Origin: Candidatus Uhrbacteria bacterium CG10_big_fil_rev_8_21_14_0_10_48_11
Lineage (GTDB): Bacteria; Patescibacteriota; Patescibacteriia; GWA2-46-9
Assembly: GCA_002793855.1 (NCBI GenBank)
Contig: PFET01000012.1
Span: 6,222-70,221, forward strand
Direction of reading: 5' to 3'
DNA: 64,000 nucleotides
Within the stretch, counting starts at the first letter, position 1. Each line of letters opens with the position of its first letter. The position numbers and the translations under genes were made by a program. This document shows, piece by piece, positions 43,781 to 54,048 of this stretch. Under the pieces are notes generated by a model that ran no database searches, was not told where the DNA came from, and saw only the letters and a list, made by a program, of their open reading frames with translations.

Positions 43781-46222
43781 TTACCGTTTCTTTTTACTGA
43801 CCTTCTCAACCGTCTTCTTTCCGAAAGCGAGCAACATAGGAATGACGGCGTCAGGATTAAGTGAGATACTCTCAATACCTTTACTGATTAAGAACTTGCC
43901 AAAGTCTAGATAGTCAGACGGCGCCTGCCCACAAATACCGATATACTTTTTGCGTCGAAGACAAGCGGCAATTGCCATAGCAACCATTTGCTTCAAGGCT
44001 GGCTCGCGCTCGTTAGCGACGTGCGCAACGATACCGCTATCCCTATCAAGACCAAGCGTGAGCTGCGTAAGGTCATTCGAACCAATTGACATACCATCAA
44101 ACACATCCAGAAAGGCATCTGCCTCCATAACGTTTGAAGGTATTTCGCACATAACGTATACCTTCAATTTTTTATCATTGGCGCGATCCAGCTTGTGTTG
44201 TGCCATTACCGCCCGAACCTTACGGCCCTCATCTGGTGTTCGACAAAACGGCACCATCGGCACAACATTAACCATCCCTAGTTTGGTTCGGACACGGCGC
44301 ATTGCCTCGCACTCTAAGCCAAATGCTTTCGTAAACTTTTCGTCGTAGTAGCGTGACGCACCGCGCCACCCAAGCATCGGGTTTTCTTCTACTGGCTCGT
44401 ACCGCTCGCCACCAAGCAATGTTCGATACTCGTTCGTTTTGAAATCAGAAAAACGAATAATGACATCGTGCGGCCAAAAGGTCGCCGCAATTTTTGCGAT
44501 GCCTTCAGTAAGCTTCGCGACGTAGTATTCTCGCTTGTCGCTGTACCCAACGGTTAACTGGTCAATGGCCGCCACTAATTTTTCTGTCTTTTTGTTGTGT
44601 TGCGCCTCTTTTTGTAATTTCGCGTAGTCGATAAGCGCGTTTGGATGAACACCAACGTGTCCGGCAATAATAAACTCAAGCCGTCCAAGACCGACACCCT
44701 CCACCGGAAGCGCATGTAGACGAAACACGTCATCTGGCGAACCAATGTTTACCATAATGTGCGTCTTCATCTTTGGTAGCTTAGGCAAAGAATGACGTTT
44801 GACCACAAACGGTACCTTACCTGCATAGATGTTACCGACTTCTCCTGATGAGCAATCGATGGTAATGAGCTGTCCATTTTTAAGCACTGTTGTTGCTTGA
44901 CTTGTACCGACAATACACGGAATACCAAGTTCTCTTGATACAATTGCCGCATGGCTTGTCCTGCCACCCTTGTCCGTGATAATCGCCGAAGCTATTTTCA
45001 TAATTGGCTCCCAGTCTGGATCGGTTATTTGCGTAACCAGCACTTCTCCTTTTTTGAAACTTCCCATCTGTGAGGCAGATTGAATAGCACGAACCTTCCC
45101 GCTACCAATCGTAGACCAAACGGCAACTCCGCTAAGTAGCGTCTTTCCTTGACCCTTAAGCGCGTACTCGGTGTAGACCGTTTTGTCCGTTAGCGCCTGC
45201 ACGGTTTCTGGTCTGGCCTGAACAATATAGAGCGTGTTGGTCTTGCCGTCTTTTGCCCATTCGATATCCATTGGCTGGTAGTGCCCATGTTTTTTTGAAA
45301 AGTAGCGCTCTATCTCTACGCACCATCGAGCAAGCGTTGTCACTTCTTTGTCGGTTAGGCAGTAAACCGTTTCGTCCTCTTTTTTTACCGAAACCTGCCG
45401 AATGCCAGTTTTTGCATAAATCATTTTTTGCTTTTTCTTACCTAGCGTCCGTTCGATAATTGCCTGCTTGCCAGCCGCCAACGTCGGTTTAAAAACAATA
45501 AACTCATCAGGAATAACTTTACCCTGCACAATCATCTCGCCCAAACCGTACGAACCGGTAACCACGACAACATTTGAAAAGCCGGTTTCGGTGTGTACGG
45601 TAAACACCACCCCGCTTGTCGCGAGGTCAGAACGAACCATAATTTGAACACCAACCGAGAGAGCGACCTTCGTGTGAGAAAAGCCCTTATCGGCCCGGTA
45701 CGAAATGGCACGATCGGTAAAGAGAGAAGCAAAGCAGCGACGAGTCGCGTCAAGAACTGCCTCAGCCCCTTCGATATTAAGAAACGTTTCTTGCTGTCCG
45801 GCAAATGATGCCCCTGGCAAATCCTCTGCCGTCGCGGACGAGCGAACCGCGACCCCAATGCGCTTCCCAAAACGTTTTTCAAGCTCCCCGTAAGAGCGCA
45901 CTATTTCCCTCTCCATGTCCGCAGGAAATGCTGTTTTCAAAAAAAGGTCCCGTACCTGCTTTCCTCGACGTTGTAAATCAGCAACCTTTTTTGTTTTCAA
46001 CACCTTTAAAATACTGGCAATTTTCTTATCAATGGCGTTGTGCGTCACAAACTCTCGGTAGGCATGCGCAGTAATCGCATAACCGTCCGGTACGTTAATA
46101 CCTTTCCGGACGAGTACCTGAAAAAGCTCCCCTAGCGCCGCGTTCTTTCCGCCAACCAGCGGCACGTCTTCAATGTGTAGTTCCCGAAAAGGGATAGTCA
46201 GGCGGTCGGTCTTCTTTGCCAT
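43781..46222 (-). CDS. ppsA: Phosphoenolpyruvate synthase / PEP-utilising dikinase
   Basis: N-terminal LVGGKNAALGE ATP-grasp domain, central phospho-His domain and C-terminal PEP-utilising TIM barrel; 813 aa. Confidence 0.8.
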   Translation of the reverse strand: MAKKTDRLTIPFRELHIEDVPLVGGKNAALGELFQVLVRKGINVPDGYAITAHAYREFVTHNAIDKKIASILKVLKTKKVADLQRRGKQVRDLFLKTAFPADMEREIVRSYGELEKRFGKRIGVAVRSSATAEDLPGASFAGQQETFLNIEGAEAVLDATRRCFASLFTDRAISYRADKGFSHTKVALSVGVQIMVRSDLATSGVVFTVHTETGFSNVVVVTGSYGLGEMIVQGKVIPDEFIVFKPTLAAGKQAIIERTLGKKKQKMIYAKTGIRQVSVKKEDETVYCLTDKEVTTLARWCVEIERYFSKKHGHYQPMDIEWAKDGKTNTLYIVQARPETVQALTDKTVYTEYALKGQGKTLLSGVAVWSTIGSGKVRAIQSASQMGSFKKGEVLVTQITDPDWEPIMKIASAIITDKGGRTSHAAIVSRELGIPCIVGTSQATTVLKNGQLITIDCSSGEVGNIYAGKVPFVVKRHSLPKLPKMKTHIMVNIGSPDDVFRLHALPVEGVGLGRLEFIIAGHVGVHPNALIDYAKLQKEAQHNKKTEKLVAAIDQLTVGYSDKREYYVAKLTEGIAKIAATFWPHDVIIRFSDFKTNEYRTLLGGERYEPVEENPMLGWRGASRYYDEKFTKAFGLECEAMRRVRTKLGMVNVVPMVPFCRTPDEGRKVRAVMAQHKLDRANDKKLKVYVMCEIPSNVMEADAFLDVFDGMSIGSNDLTQLTLGLDRDSGIVAHVANEREPALKQMVAMAIAACLRRKKYIGICGQAPSDYLDFGKFLISKGIESISLNPDAVIPMLLAFGKKTVEKVSKKKR

Positions 46223-46284
46223 AAAATAGTTTTGCTAGTAGTGAATGAGTATAGTATAGCAAACGAAAGTGCTGAAACGAAATG

Positions 46285-47139
46285 TTACGCTTCAATGCCA
46301 AATAGTCGTTTAGCGTTTTTTGCCGTGATACTGCCAACTTCGTCGAATGAGAGTCCTTTAATTTTTGCGAGGTGCGCTGCGGTGTAGGCAACATAGGCCG
46401 GTTCGTTACGTTTTCCACGATGGGGCACCGGTGTCAAATAGGGGCAGTCGGTTTCTACCAGCAATCGCTCAAGCGGTGTACGACGAATGAAGGCGTCCCA
46501 CTGTCCAGAAAAGGTAATGATACCCGAAAAAGAAATTGAAAAACCTAAACTTAGATGCTTTTCAGCTTCTGCTTCGGTACCGGTAAAGCAGTGAATAACC
46601 CCTCGAACGCGATCACCGCGTCTCTGCTGGGCACTTTTGAGCATACGATACACATCGTCATGCGCATCCCGACAATGAATACATAACGGTAAATTAAGAT
46701 CGGCTGCCAGTTCAATCTGCTGCTGAAAAACTTCCTGCTGCTTCTCTCGTACCGCCGTTTGTTCGCTTGGGCTGCCTTCTAACCGATAATAATCAAGGCC
46801 GACTTCACCAATGGCGACTACTTTATCTGATGCTGCCGCAATTGCGCGATAGCGGTCAGAGTCAAAATGTTCTGCTCGGCGCTGAAAACCATCTCCAGAC
46901 GGCGCTCCATTCTCTTCGTTTGGGTCAAAGTATCCGAGAGTGGTATGGATTGGATGAAGACCTATTGCCGCCCAGACGCCAGCGTAGCGCTCAGCAGTTG
47001 TAGCAGCGGCACTACTGGTATCCAGCTGGGTACCAACAAGTAACATCTCAACCTTAGCGGCCAGCGAACGCTTAATCACTTCGTCGCTGTCATGGCGAAA
47101 GGCATTAAAATGGGCGTGAGCGTGAGAATCGAAAAGCAT
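46285..47139 (-). CDS. tatD: TatD-family metal-dependent hydrolase
   Basis: MLFDSHAHAHF N-terminus and His/Asp/Glu metal ligands. Confidence 0.8.
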   Translation of the reverse strand: MLFDSHAHAHFNAFRHDSDEVIKRSLAAKVEMLLVGTQLDTSSAAATTAERYAGVWAAIGLHPIHTTLGYFDPNEENGAPSGDGFQRRAEHFDSDRYRAIAAASDKVVAIGEVGLDYYRLEGSPSEQTAVREKQQEVFQQQIELAADLNLPLCIHCRDAHDDVYRMLKSAQQRRGDRVRGVIHCFTGTEAEAEKHLSLGFSISFSGIITFSGQWDAFIRRTPLERLLVETDCPYLTPVPHRGKRNEPAYVAYTAAHLAKIKGLSFDEVGSITAKNAKRLFGIEA

Positions 47140-47666
47140 TAGAAATACGATTGCAGTTGACGAAGCGCTTCAGGGAACAGTGGACGCAATATGCTTGATG
47201 CGGATAGTAAATACTGGGCAAGTTGTGAGGCAATAACAGCATCGTTAAAGCCAGTCCATATTGAATACTTACCAGCAATGTAGAGCAATGTACCAAGAAC
47301 AAGTACGCCAAGAATTAAACCAAAAAGAGCGCCGGCAAGATGATTGATACTTTTAAGAAACGGGAGAAAAGCCAAAAAATCAAAAGCCCGTTCAGCAATG
47401 AGCACCACGAAACCAAATAGTCGCCCAACAAGTAAAAAGAGGAGAGCGAAAGAAGCGATGCGTGCTACGCCCTGAAAAGGACCAAATACCCTACCAACAA
47501 GGTCAGCCAATGGCAAATAAAAATGCCCAGCGACAAAGGCAGCAATAATAATGCCGACGATGCCGCCGACGGCCCGAATAAAACCATTGCCAAATCCCCA
47601 AGCCGCAAACCCTAAGAGGAAAATCAGTAAAATAATGTCGAGCGTAAAAAAATGGAAAAGCTCCAT
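47139..47666 (-). CDS. cvpA: CvpA-family membrane protein
   Basis: Four TM segments; 175 aa; CvpA-like N-terminus. Confidence 0.6.
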   Translation of the reverse strand: MELFHFFTLDIILLIFLLGFAAWGFGNGFIRAVGGIVGIIIAAFVAGHFYLPLADLVGRVFGPFQGVARIASFALLFLLVGRLFGFVVLIAERAFDFLAFLPFLKSINHLAGALFGLILGVLVLGTLLYIAGKYSIWTGFNDAVIASQLAQYLLSASSILRPLFPEALRQLQSYF

Positions 47667-47669
47667 ACG

Positions 47670-49175
47670 CTAGGCGGTTAATCGGGGGAAAAGTGGGTCA
47701 GTAGTGGCGACCACTGGTCCGTGCGTTTGTGCACCCCAAACGCTCGCCTCCGTAAGCGAACGTTTAAGCTCATCTTGCCACCCGAGAGAAGTAAAGATTT
47801 TCATTGCCGTTTCCGGCATAAATGGCGTTAAGAGCCAAGCGAGCTGACGCAGGCTTTCAATAAGCGTCCCCAATACAACAGCCAACTCATCCGTTTTCTC
47901 GGCATCTTTCTTCAGTGCCCAAGGAGCACATTCGTCAATGTAACGATCTCCTTCCTTTAACACCTGCCAAATTACCTCAAGGACTCGCCCAGGTTCATTT
48001 GCCGCAAAATGCCGATGGTACGATTTCCATGTTTCGTCGAAGACCACCTTTAAATCGTTGCCAACGGTCAGCATCTCTACACCCTTAGTCAAAGCTAGGA
48101 TGCGGCTCACGTAGTTTCCGAGACCGCTCGCAAGGTCGCTGTCATAGCGCCCGGCCAATCGTTCAATAGAAAAATCACCATCGCCTCCAAACGGAATTTC
48201 ACGCAGCAAAAAGTAACGCAAAGCATCTACGCCGTACGTTTCCACAAGATCGCGCGGATCAATTGCGTTACCGAGTGACTTAGAAATTTTTTCTTCTGAA
48301 ATAGTAAAAAAACCATGGGCAAATACCTGCGCTGGTAACGGTAAACCGGCGGAAAGCAACATTGCCGGCCATAAGGCGCAGTGAAACTTGATAATATCTT
48401 TGCCAACCAGATGCATATCCGCTGGCCACCACTTCGCGAATGTTTCGTCGTCCGTGCCATAACCGACCGCAGTAAGATAGTTAATGAGTGCATCAAACCA
48501 AACATAGATGACCTGCGAGGCGTCCCCCGGAACCGGTATCCCCCACCCTTTGGCTGTTCTCGAAATGCTGACGTCTTCTAGATGATCGGTAATGTAGCGC
48601 AACACCTCTTGACGTCGCGAGGCGGGCGCAGCAAAAGTCGGATGCTCGTTGTGATAACGAAGCAGGGCATCTTTATACTTTGAAACTCGGAAGAAATAAT
48701 TTTCTTCTTTTACCAGTTCAGGTTTCCGTTTGTGGAGTGGGCAGAGTCCTTCGGGAGTTAAATCGCTCTCTCGATAAAAAGCCTCGCAGCCAATACAATA
48801 CAACCCTTCATACTGCCCTTTGTAAATATCTCCCGACTGTTCTACTGCCTGCCAAAATTTTTCGACGCCTCGCAGGTGCCGCTCTTCGGTGGTTCGAATA
48901 AAGTCATCATTAGAGATACCAAGCTCATCCCACGTTACCTGCCACAATGCAGACATACGGTCAATGTAGTGCTGCACGTCCGTTTCTCCGGCGGCAGTTG
49001 CTGACTCAACATTTTTTTCCGCATTCTCGTCGGTACCAGTAAGAAACATTGTCGGCTCCCCGATAAGCCGATGATAGCGAGCAATAGTGTCCGCGGAAAA
49101 AGTCGCGTAAGCGTGACCAATGTGCGGACGATCGTTTACGTAATAGATTGGGGTCGTGATATAAAACTTTCTCAT
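47670..49175 (-). CDS. metG: Methionyl-tRNA synthetase
   Basis: HIGH (PHIGHAY) and KMSKS (KISKS) motifs; 501 aa. Confidence 0.95.
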   Translation of the reverse strand: MRKFYITTPIYYVNDRPHIGHAYATFSADTIARYHRLIGEPTMFLTGTDENAEKNVESATAAGETDVQHYIDRMSALWQVTWDELGISNDDFIRTTEERHLRGVEKFWQAVEQSGDIYKGQYEGLYCIGCEAFYRESDLTPEGLCPLHKRKPELVKEENYFFRVSKYKDALLRYHNEHPTFAAPASRRQEVLRYITDHLEDVSISRTAKGWGIPVPGDASQVIYVWFDALINYLTAVGYGTDDETFAKWWPADMHLVGKDIIKFHCALWPAMLLSAGLPLPAQVFAHGFFTISEEKISKSLGNAIDPRDLVETYGVDALRYFLLREIPFGGDGDFSIERLAGRYDSDLASGLGNYVSRILALTKGVEMLTVGNDLKVVFDETWKSYHRHFAANEPGRVLEVIWQVLKEGDRYIDECAPWALKKDAEKTDELAVVLGTLIESLRQLAWLLTPFMPETAMKIFTSLGWQDELKRSLTEASVWGAQTHGPVVATTDPLFPRLTA

Positions 49176-49225
49176 AGTAGTACTGAAATCCTAGCGCGAC
49201 CAAAGCATTTGGTAAAGGCGAGACA

Positions 49226-49263
49226 AATTAACGAACAAAAAGAAAACCACTTCGACGTGGTAC
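49226..49263 (-). terminator. Intrinsic terminator (CCACTTCGACG-tggta-CGTCGAAGTGG plus T-run) after hup
   Basis: 11-bp stem; TTTTCTTTTT follows on the minus strand. Confidence 0.75.
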
Positions 49264-49293
49264 GTCGAAGTGGTTTTCGCCAAAAAACTAGCT

Positions 49294-49575
49294 TTAAAGG
49301 ACAGCGTCCTTCGCGGCTTTAGCGACGCGGAACTTGACTACCGTCTTTGCCGGAATCTGAATTTCCTCGCCGGTTGCCGGGTTGCGCCCCATACGGGCGT
49401 TCCGGTGAACCTTTACCAGCTTCCCGATGCCAGGCACCAGGAACTCTCCGTTGACCTTAACTTCGCGGTACGCGAGGTCAGTGTAGGCCTCTACGAACGC
49501 AACGACCTCTTTCTTGCTCATACCGGTCTTCTCGGCGAGCGCCTGGAGGACTTGCGATTTTGTCATCTTCGCCAT
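49294..49575 (-). CDS. hup: DNA-binding protein HU
   Basis: 93 aa; the RNPxTG arm motif (GRNPATGEEIQIPA). Confidence 0.92.
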   Translation of the reverse strand: MAKMTKSQVLQALAEKTGMSKKEVVAFVEAYTDLAYREVKVNGEFLVPGIGKLVKVHRNARMGRNPATGEEIQIPAKTVVKFRVAKAAKDAVL

Positions 49576-49710
49576 AGGCGATAATGGTTAGTTAGTAAAT
49601 GAACAAAGGTATCGGTTGGGCGTAATCTGCTTGGGTGCAAAATTACCTTTCCCCAACTTGAAAACAGTATACAGTAAAGCAAAATAGCCCGCAAATACTA
49701 GCAACCCCAC

Positions 49711-50385
49711 CTAGCGCTCTGGACCAACGACGACCGTGTACTCTCCTCTTGGCGATTCCTCCTTGGCTGCTGCCAATATTTCCGAAGCAGCACCTCGTCT
49801 AATCGTTTCAAATTGCTTTGTCAGCTCTCGACAAATCACTAACTGCCTGTTAGGGCAGCGTTCGGCTAACGAAACGAGCGCCTTTAAAATACGATGCGGG
49901 GCTTCGTAAAAAATAACTGAATCTTTGCTGTCAGCAACGCGATCGAAGAACGTTTTTCTCCCTTTCTTGTGTGGCGGATAGCCCAAAAAAAGAAACGAAT
50001 CCATAGGAAAACCACAGACTGATGCCGCCGCCGCCATGGCGCTCGGTCCGGGAATCGGCGTAATTGAAATAGTGGAGCCAAATCGTGCAAATGCTTCGGC
50101 AACAAACAAGCCACCAGGATCACTAATGCCTGGGGTGCCAGCGTCGGTAACTAGCGCCACGTCACCGTTCGCGAGATACTCAAGCAATCGTTCTCTTTTT
50201 TGTTTTACCGTATGCTGATGGTACGAAATAACGGTTGGATTTGCGCCAATGTGTTGCAATAAAATCCTTGTCCGGCGGGTGTCTTCTGCGAGTACAACTG
50301 GAACCGTGCTGAGAACGAAACGCGCGCGACCGGTAAGATCGTCCAGGTTGCCAATAGGCGTCGCAACGACAAACAGCGTACTCAT
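49711..50385 (-). CDS. rsmI: 16S rRNA (cytidine1402-2'-O)-methyltransferase
   Basis: VATPIGNLDD N-terminus; tetrapyrrole-methylase fold. Confidence 0.88.
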   Translation of the reverse strand: MSTLFVVATPIGNLDDLTGRARFVLSTVPVVLAEDTRRTRILLQHIGANPTVISYHQHTVKQKRERLLEYLANGDVALVTDAGTPGISDPGGLFVAEAFARFGSTISITPIPGPSAMAAAASVCGFPMDSFLFLGYPPHKKGRKTFFDRVADSKDSVIFYEAPHRILKALVSLAERCPNRQLVICRELTKQFETIRRGAASEILAAAKEESPRGEYTVVVGPER

Positions 50386-51305
50386 GCCGCAACCTCTTCA
50401 AGATACTCTTCCGCTTGCATTGCCGCCTTGCAACCCATACCTGCAGCAGTAACCGCCTGGCGATAGGTTCTATCATGTACATCTCCAGCAACAAACACAC
50501 CCTCGACAGAAGTATGAACTCCATCTTTACTCTCAATGTAGCCTTGATCGTCGAGGGCAAGACTGCCAACAAACGGCTTCGTGTTCGGTATATGCCCAAT
50601 GGCAACAAAAAGTCCGGCAACCGCTAGCTTTTCCGCATCTCCCGCCTCAGCAGGAGCTAACCGTAGACCAGAAACCACCATTTCACCAAGCACCTCTTCT
50701 ACTGCCCAGCCAAGTTTTAACGTAATGTTTTCTGCTGACCGTAAACGATCCTGTAGTATCTTTTGAGCGCGTAGTTCTGTACGACGGTGAATAAGCGTAA
50801 CGTGACTGGCAAGTTTAGCAAGGTAGAGCGCCTCCTTGGCAGCACTATCCCCACCCCCCACAATGGCAACGTCTTTACCCTTAAAAAAATAACCGTCGCA
50901 CACCGCACAGCTTGACACCCCTTTGCCGATGAGACGTTGCTCAGAAGGCAAATCTAGCCAACGGGCGCTAGCCCCCGTAGCAACGATAATACTTCTTGCG
51001 CTATATTCTGTACTGCCAGCCATCATGGTAAATGGTCGATTGGCAACATTAATACTAGCAACGGATGCACTGAGAAATTCTGCACCAAACCGTTCTGCCT
51101 GTGCCCGCATTTTTTCCATCAAGTCCTGACCTAACACCCCTTCCGGAAAACCAGGATAATCCTCAACCTCAGAAGTTAGGGTAAGTTGTCCCCCTGGCTC
51201 TGGCCCGCTAATCACAAGTGGTGAAAGCGAAGCACGACTGGCATAAATGGCTGCCGTCAAACCTGCCGGACCAGAACCGATGATGATAAGATTGCGTTTA
51301 TTCAT
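50382..51305 (-). CDS. trxB: Thioredoxin reductase
   Basis: GSGPAG FAD motif and CAVCDG redox centre. Confidence 0.92.
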   Translation of the reverse strand: MNKRNLIIIGSGPAGLTAAIYASRASLSPLVISGPEPGGQLTLTSEVEDYPGFPEGVLGQDLMEKMRAQAERFGAEFLSASVASINVANRPFTMMAGSTEYSARSIIVATGASARWLDLPSEQRLIGKGVSSCAVCDGYFFKGKDVAIVGGGDSAAKEALYLAKLASHVTLIHRRTELRAQKILQDRLRSAENITLKLGWAVEEVLGEMVVSGLRLAPAEAGDAEKLAVAGLFVAIGHIPNTKPFVGSLALDDQGYIESKDGVHTSVEGVFVAGDVHDRTYRQAVTAAGMGCKAAMQAEEYLEEVAA

Positions 51306-51352
51306 AATGATACCGATAGATGACTAAACTAACGCTAGTGTACCTCGCTACC

Positions 51353-52363
51353 CTACTGCCGTAAACCGCTTCGTATAAACGATGGGTCGATGATATCACG
51401 CACCACCTGTCCTATAGGCTTAGTCAAGTACCCAGCCCTAAAATCAATAAACTCCTGACTGCTGCGATAAAGAGAGAGTAAATCGTCAGTATAGGTAAAA
51501 GCAATTGCATTATCGTTAAAATTGTACAGCTTAATACTGGTGAGAGAACGCTCAACATCGGTTATCGTAGTACCACCCACAACGGCAATTACCGCCAACA
51601 TCTCGCGCCTCGAATGACTGTCTTTTTTTAGTTCAGCAATACCATCAAACCATGCGCCAAGAAAGGTCTGCACTGCCGAACGATTATTTTCAATGGCATC
51701 CTCCCGAAAGGCAATAACATCTGGTATGAATCCGGGGAGCGAGGCAGAAGAAAAAAGTACGGTACTCTCTGGTCTTCGCAAGGCCTGATCGAGAAAGGGT
51801 TGAAAACTTACGACCGCATCCACCTCTCCCTTTAGAAATGCCTGTGGTACCGCCTCAGCCATTGTTGGAACACTGATAACGTCAGCAATGCTAAGGTTAT
51901 TTTCCTGTAACACCTCGCGCAATAAAAGCTCATCGTAACTCCCCGCCTCATAGGCTACCCGTTTCCCTTTTAAGTCCGCCACTGAAATGATACCCGATGC
52001 CGCGACAATGCCATCTGCTCCTGATGAATAGTCCACACCAGCAACCACGCGCATTGGAAACCCACTAAGCGTTAGTTTAATGGGTGCTGAAAGCGGAAAC
52101 ACTCCCCCGTCTGCCTCTCCGGTTTGCACGGCACGTAATGCAGCTTCGTAATCTTCACCTACGTTTATAATTTTCACATTCAATCCGCGACCAGCAAAAA
52201 AATTACGCGAAGCTACCGCCGAGACTAATTGCGCTGTCGTCCAGGAGGTTACAACGAATTTCAAGGCTACCGGTTGACGATACTGTTGGTATGATTGCCA
52301 ACCAAAAACGGCAAGCAAGCCAACAATCACCAGTGTGGCAAAACTGCCAACAAGTCGCATCAT
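51353..52363 (-). CDS. Membrane-anchored NMT1/SsuA-like substrate-binding protein
   Basis: N-terminal TM anchor followed by a periplasmic-binding-protein type-2 fold; no adjacent ABC permease or ATPase. Confidence 0.5.
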   Translation of the reverse strand: MMRLVGSFATLVIVGLLAVFGWQSYQQYRQPVALKFVVTSWTTAQLVSAVASRNFFAGRGLNVKIINVGEDYEAALRAVQTGEADGGVFPLSAPIKLTLSGFPMRVVAGVDYSSGADGIVAASGIISVADLKGKRVAYEAGSYDELLLREVLQENNLSIADVISVPTMAEAVPQAFLKGEVDAVVSFQPFLDQALRRPESTVLFSSASLPGFIPDVIAFREDAIENNRSAVQTFLGAWFDGIAELKKDSHSRREMLAVIAVVGGTTITDVERSLTSIKLYNFNDNAIAFTYTDDLLSLYRSSQEFIDFRAGYLTKPIGQVVRDIIDPSFIRSGLRQ

Positions 52364-52368
52364 AGTAG

Positions 52369-54009
52369 CTACACAATATCTTCCCGTTTTTCACGGAAGA
52401 AACCAAGTACGTCCTCAGATACTAACAAAAAAGCTTTGATAGGAGCTTCGAGAAAATAATCAAAAAAGTAGAGAAACACATTAAAGCGGGAGGAAGTAAG
52501 GGCAATCCACCGCCCCACTTTCAAAATAGGTAATGACAATAAATCAACAAGCGACGTAAGAAAAGTGTCTCGCCGTCGTTCCACAAACAAATCACGGACA
52601 GGCTGACGAATGCGAAGGGCAAAGAAAGAAACGATACTAAGAAAGAAAAGAAAAAAGAGAACACCCACCAAAGTGAAGCCGAAGGTGCTGAGTGTTGCGG
52701 TAATAAAACCAAACGTCAAAGCAAAAGCGATACTATAGATAAAGGTCAGTGCTCCCGTCGATACCGCAGAGGCGCGCCGAGGCGCCCGTAATTCGGGGAA
52801 AATTCTTCCGGCACCCCCGTATTTTATTGTCTCTGAAAGTCGGAGAACGACTTCGGTATTCTTTTCCTGAGGGAATCGCATCGTCAACGTCAATAGAAAC
52901 ATAAGAATTGGAGGAAATGACAAGTTCGTAATGAGTGGTGTCGTTGCTATTGCCCCATAAAGTAATGCCTCGATAGGTGCTTCCAGAAGAAGTGCTACCA
53001 AAATTTTTGTAAGAAAAATATATATTATGGCGCGCAAAGCGCTAGTATAAAGTCGTCCACGGGCCGCGCGATAATAACGCGTACAAATCTCCCTAACGGT
53101 TGTTTCAAATCGATTAGTATCACTAAGTAATAATTCGGCGCTAGAGAGATCATCCTTGATGACATCGTAGAGTGCATGGAAAATAAGTGATCGACGCCGA
53201 AGAGCACGATAAAACCGATCACTCGCTGGGTGAGTAATGGCTCGCTCAATTTCTTTGTGATGATGAAGCAATTCGGGAACGATACGCTCTGCGTCTGCAG
53301 GGGAAAATTGATGCCAGTTTTTCATGCGACGCCGTAGCAAAAGAAATCTAATTTTTGGCAAATCAAGTGAAAAGAGCGCCCGATAGGCAGCAACATATTC
53401 TAACGTTGCTCTGTCTTCGTCGCTGAGTCGCCACGCTGCCAAAGGACGGTCTCGGTCAAGTGAAGCACGGACAAGATTTACCAATGCTTCCTCTTCTGGT
53501 GTCGGCACCAAAAAAGCATCGAGTTCTGCTGCTGCCACGCCGGTCAACCACTGTAAAATTTCAGCACAATTATTGATCGGCGTTTGATTGATGACAGCAA
53601 ACAACGATGCGTAGCGGTCAAGAATAATCTGCACCCTAGGAATTACTGATTCTGAAACTGCATCGTTCTTTAAGTACTGAGCATGCACGAATTCAACCAA
53701 CAACGATCTTGCTGACCCATTAATTTCGCCGGAAGAAAACCGACGACGTAATATGCGCTGAAAAGCGTGCCGACGAAGAAGGTGCTCCTCGTGGTAGTCA
53801 ACACTGTAACGAAGTCGTTCGTAAAAATGTGCCGCGTGAGACACTGCGCTCGAAACATGTATAACCGGCTCACCTTCCGTTACTTCGTAAGGTGCCTTTC
53901 CTTGCCGCAAGGTTTGTATAAAATCCTGAACCGGCCGCGCTAACTGGCGGTCAGAAAATGGCTCTTCGTTTGGCGTCTCGCCCTTCTTGGTAAACGCTGA
54001 GATAGGCAT
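52369..54009 (-). CDS. Hypothetical protein: about 320-aa cytoplasmic helical domain plus 5-6 C-terminal TM helices (546 aa)
   Basis: Hydrophobic segments in the C-terminal third; no catalytic motif recognised. Confidence 0.45.
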   Translation of the reverse strand: MPISAFTKKGETPNEEPFSDRQLARPVQDFIQTLRQGKAPYEVTEGEPVIHVSSAVSHAAHFYERLRYSVDYHEEHLLRRHAFQRILRRRFSSGEINGSARSLLVEFVHAQYLKNDAVSESVIPRVQIILDRYASLFAVINQTPINNCAEILQWLTGVAAAELDAFLVPTPEEEALVNLVRASLDRDRPLAAWRLSDEDRATLEYVAAYRALFSLDLPKIRFLLLRRRMKNWHQFSPADAERIVPELLHHHKEIERAITHPASDRFYRALRRRSLIFHALYDVIKDDLSSAELLLSDTNRFETTVREICTRYYRAARGRLYTSALRAIIYIFLTKILVALLLEAPIEALLYGAIATTPLITNLSFPPILMFLLTLTMRFPQEKNTEVVLRLSETIKYGGAGRIFPELRAPRRASAVSTGALTFIYSIAFALTFGFITATLSTFGFTLVGVLFFLFFLSIVSFFALRIRQPVRDLFVERRRDTFLTSLVDLLSLPILKVGRWIALTSSRFNVFLYFFDYFLEAPIKAFLLVSEDVLGFFREKREDIV

Positions 54010-54048
54010 AACTACAGTATACGTGAATATGGCTTCTGAAGAAACTGA

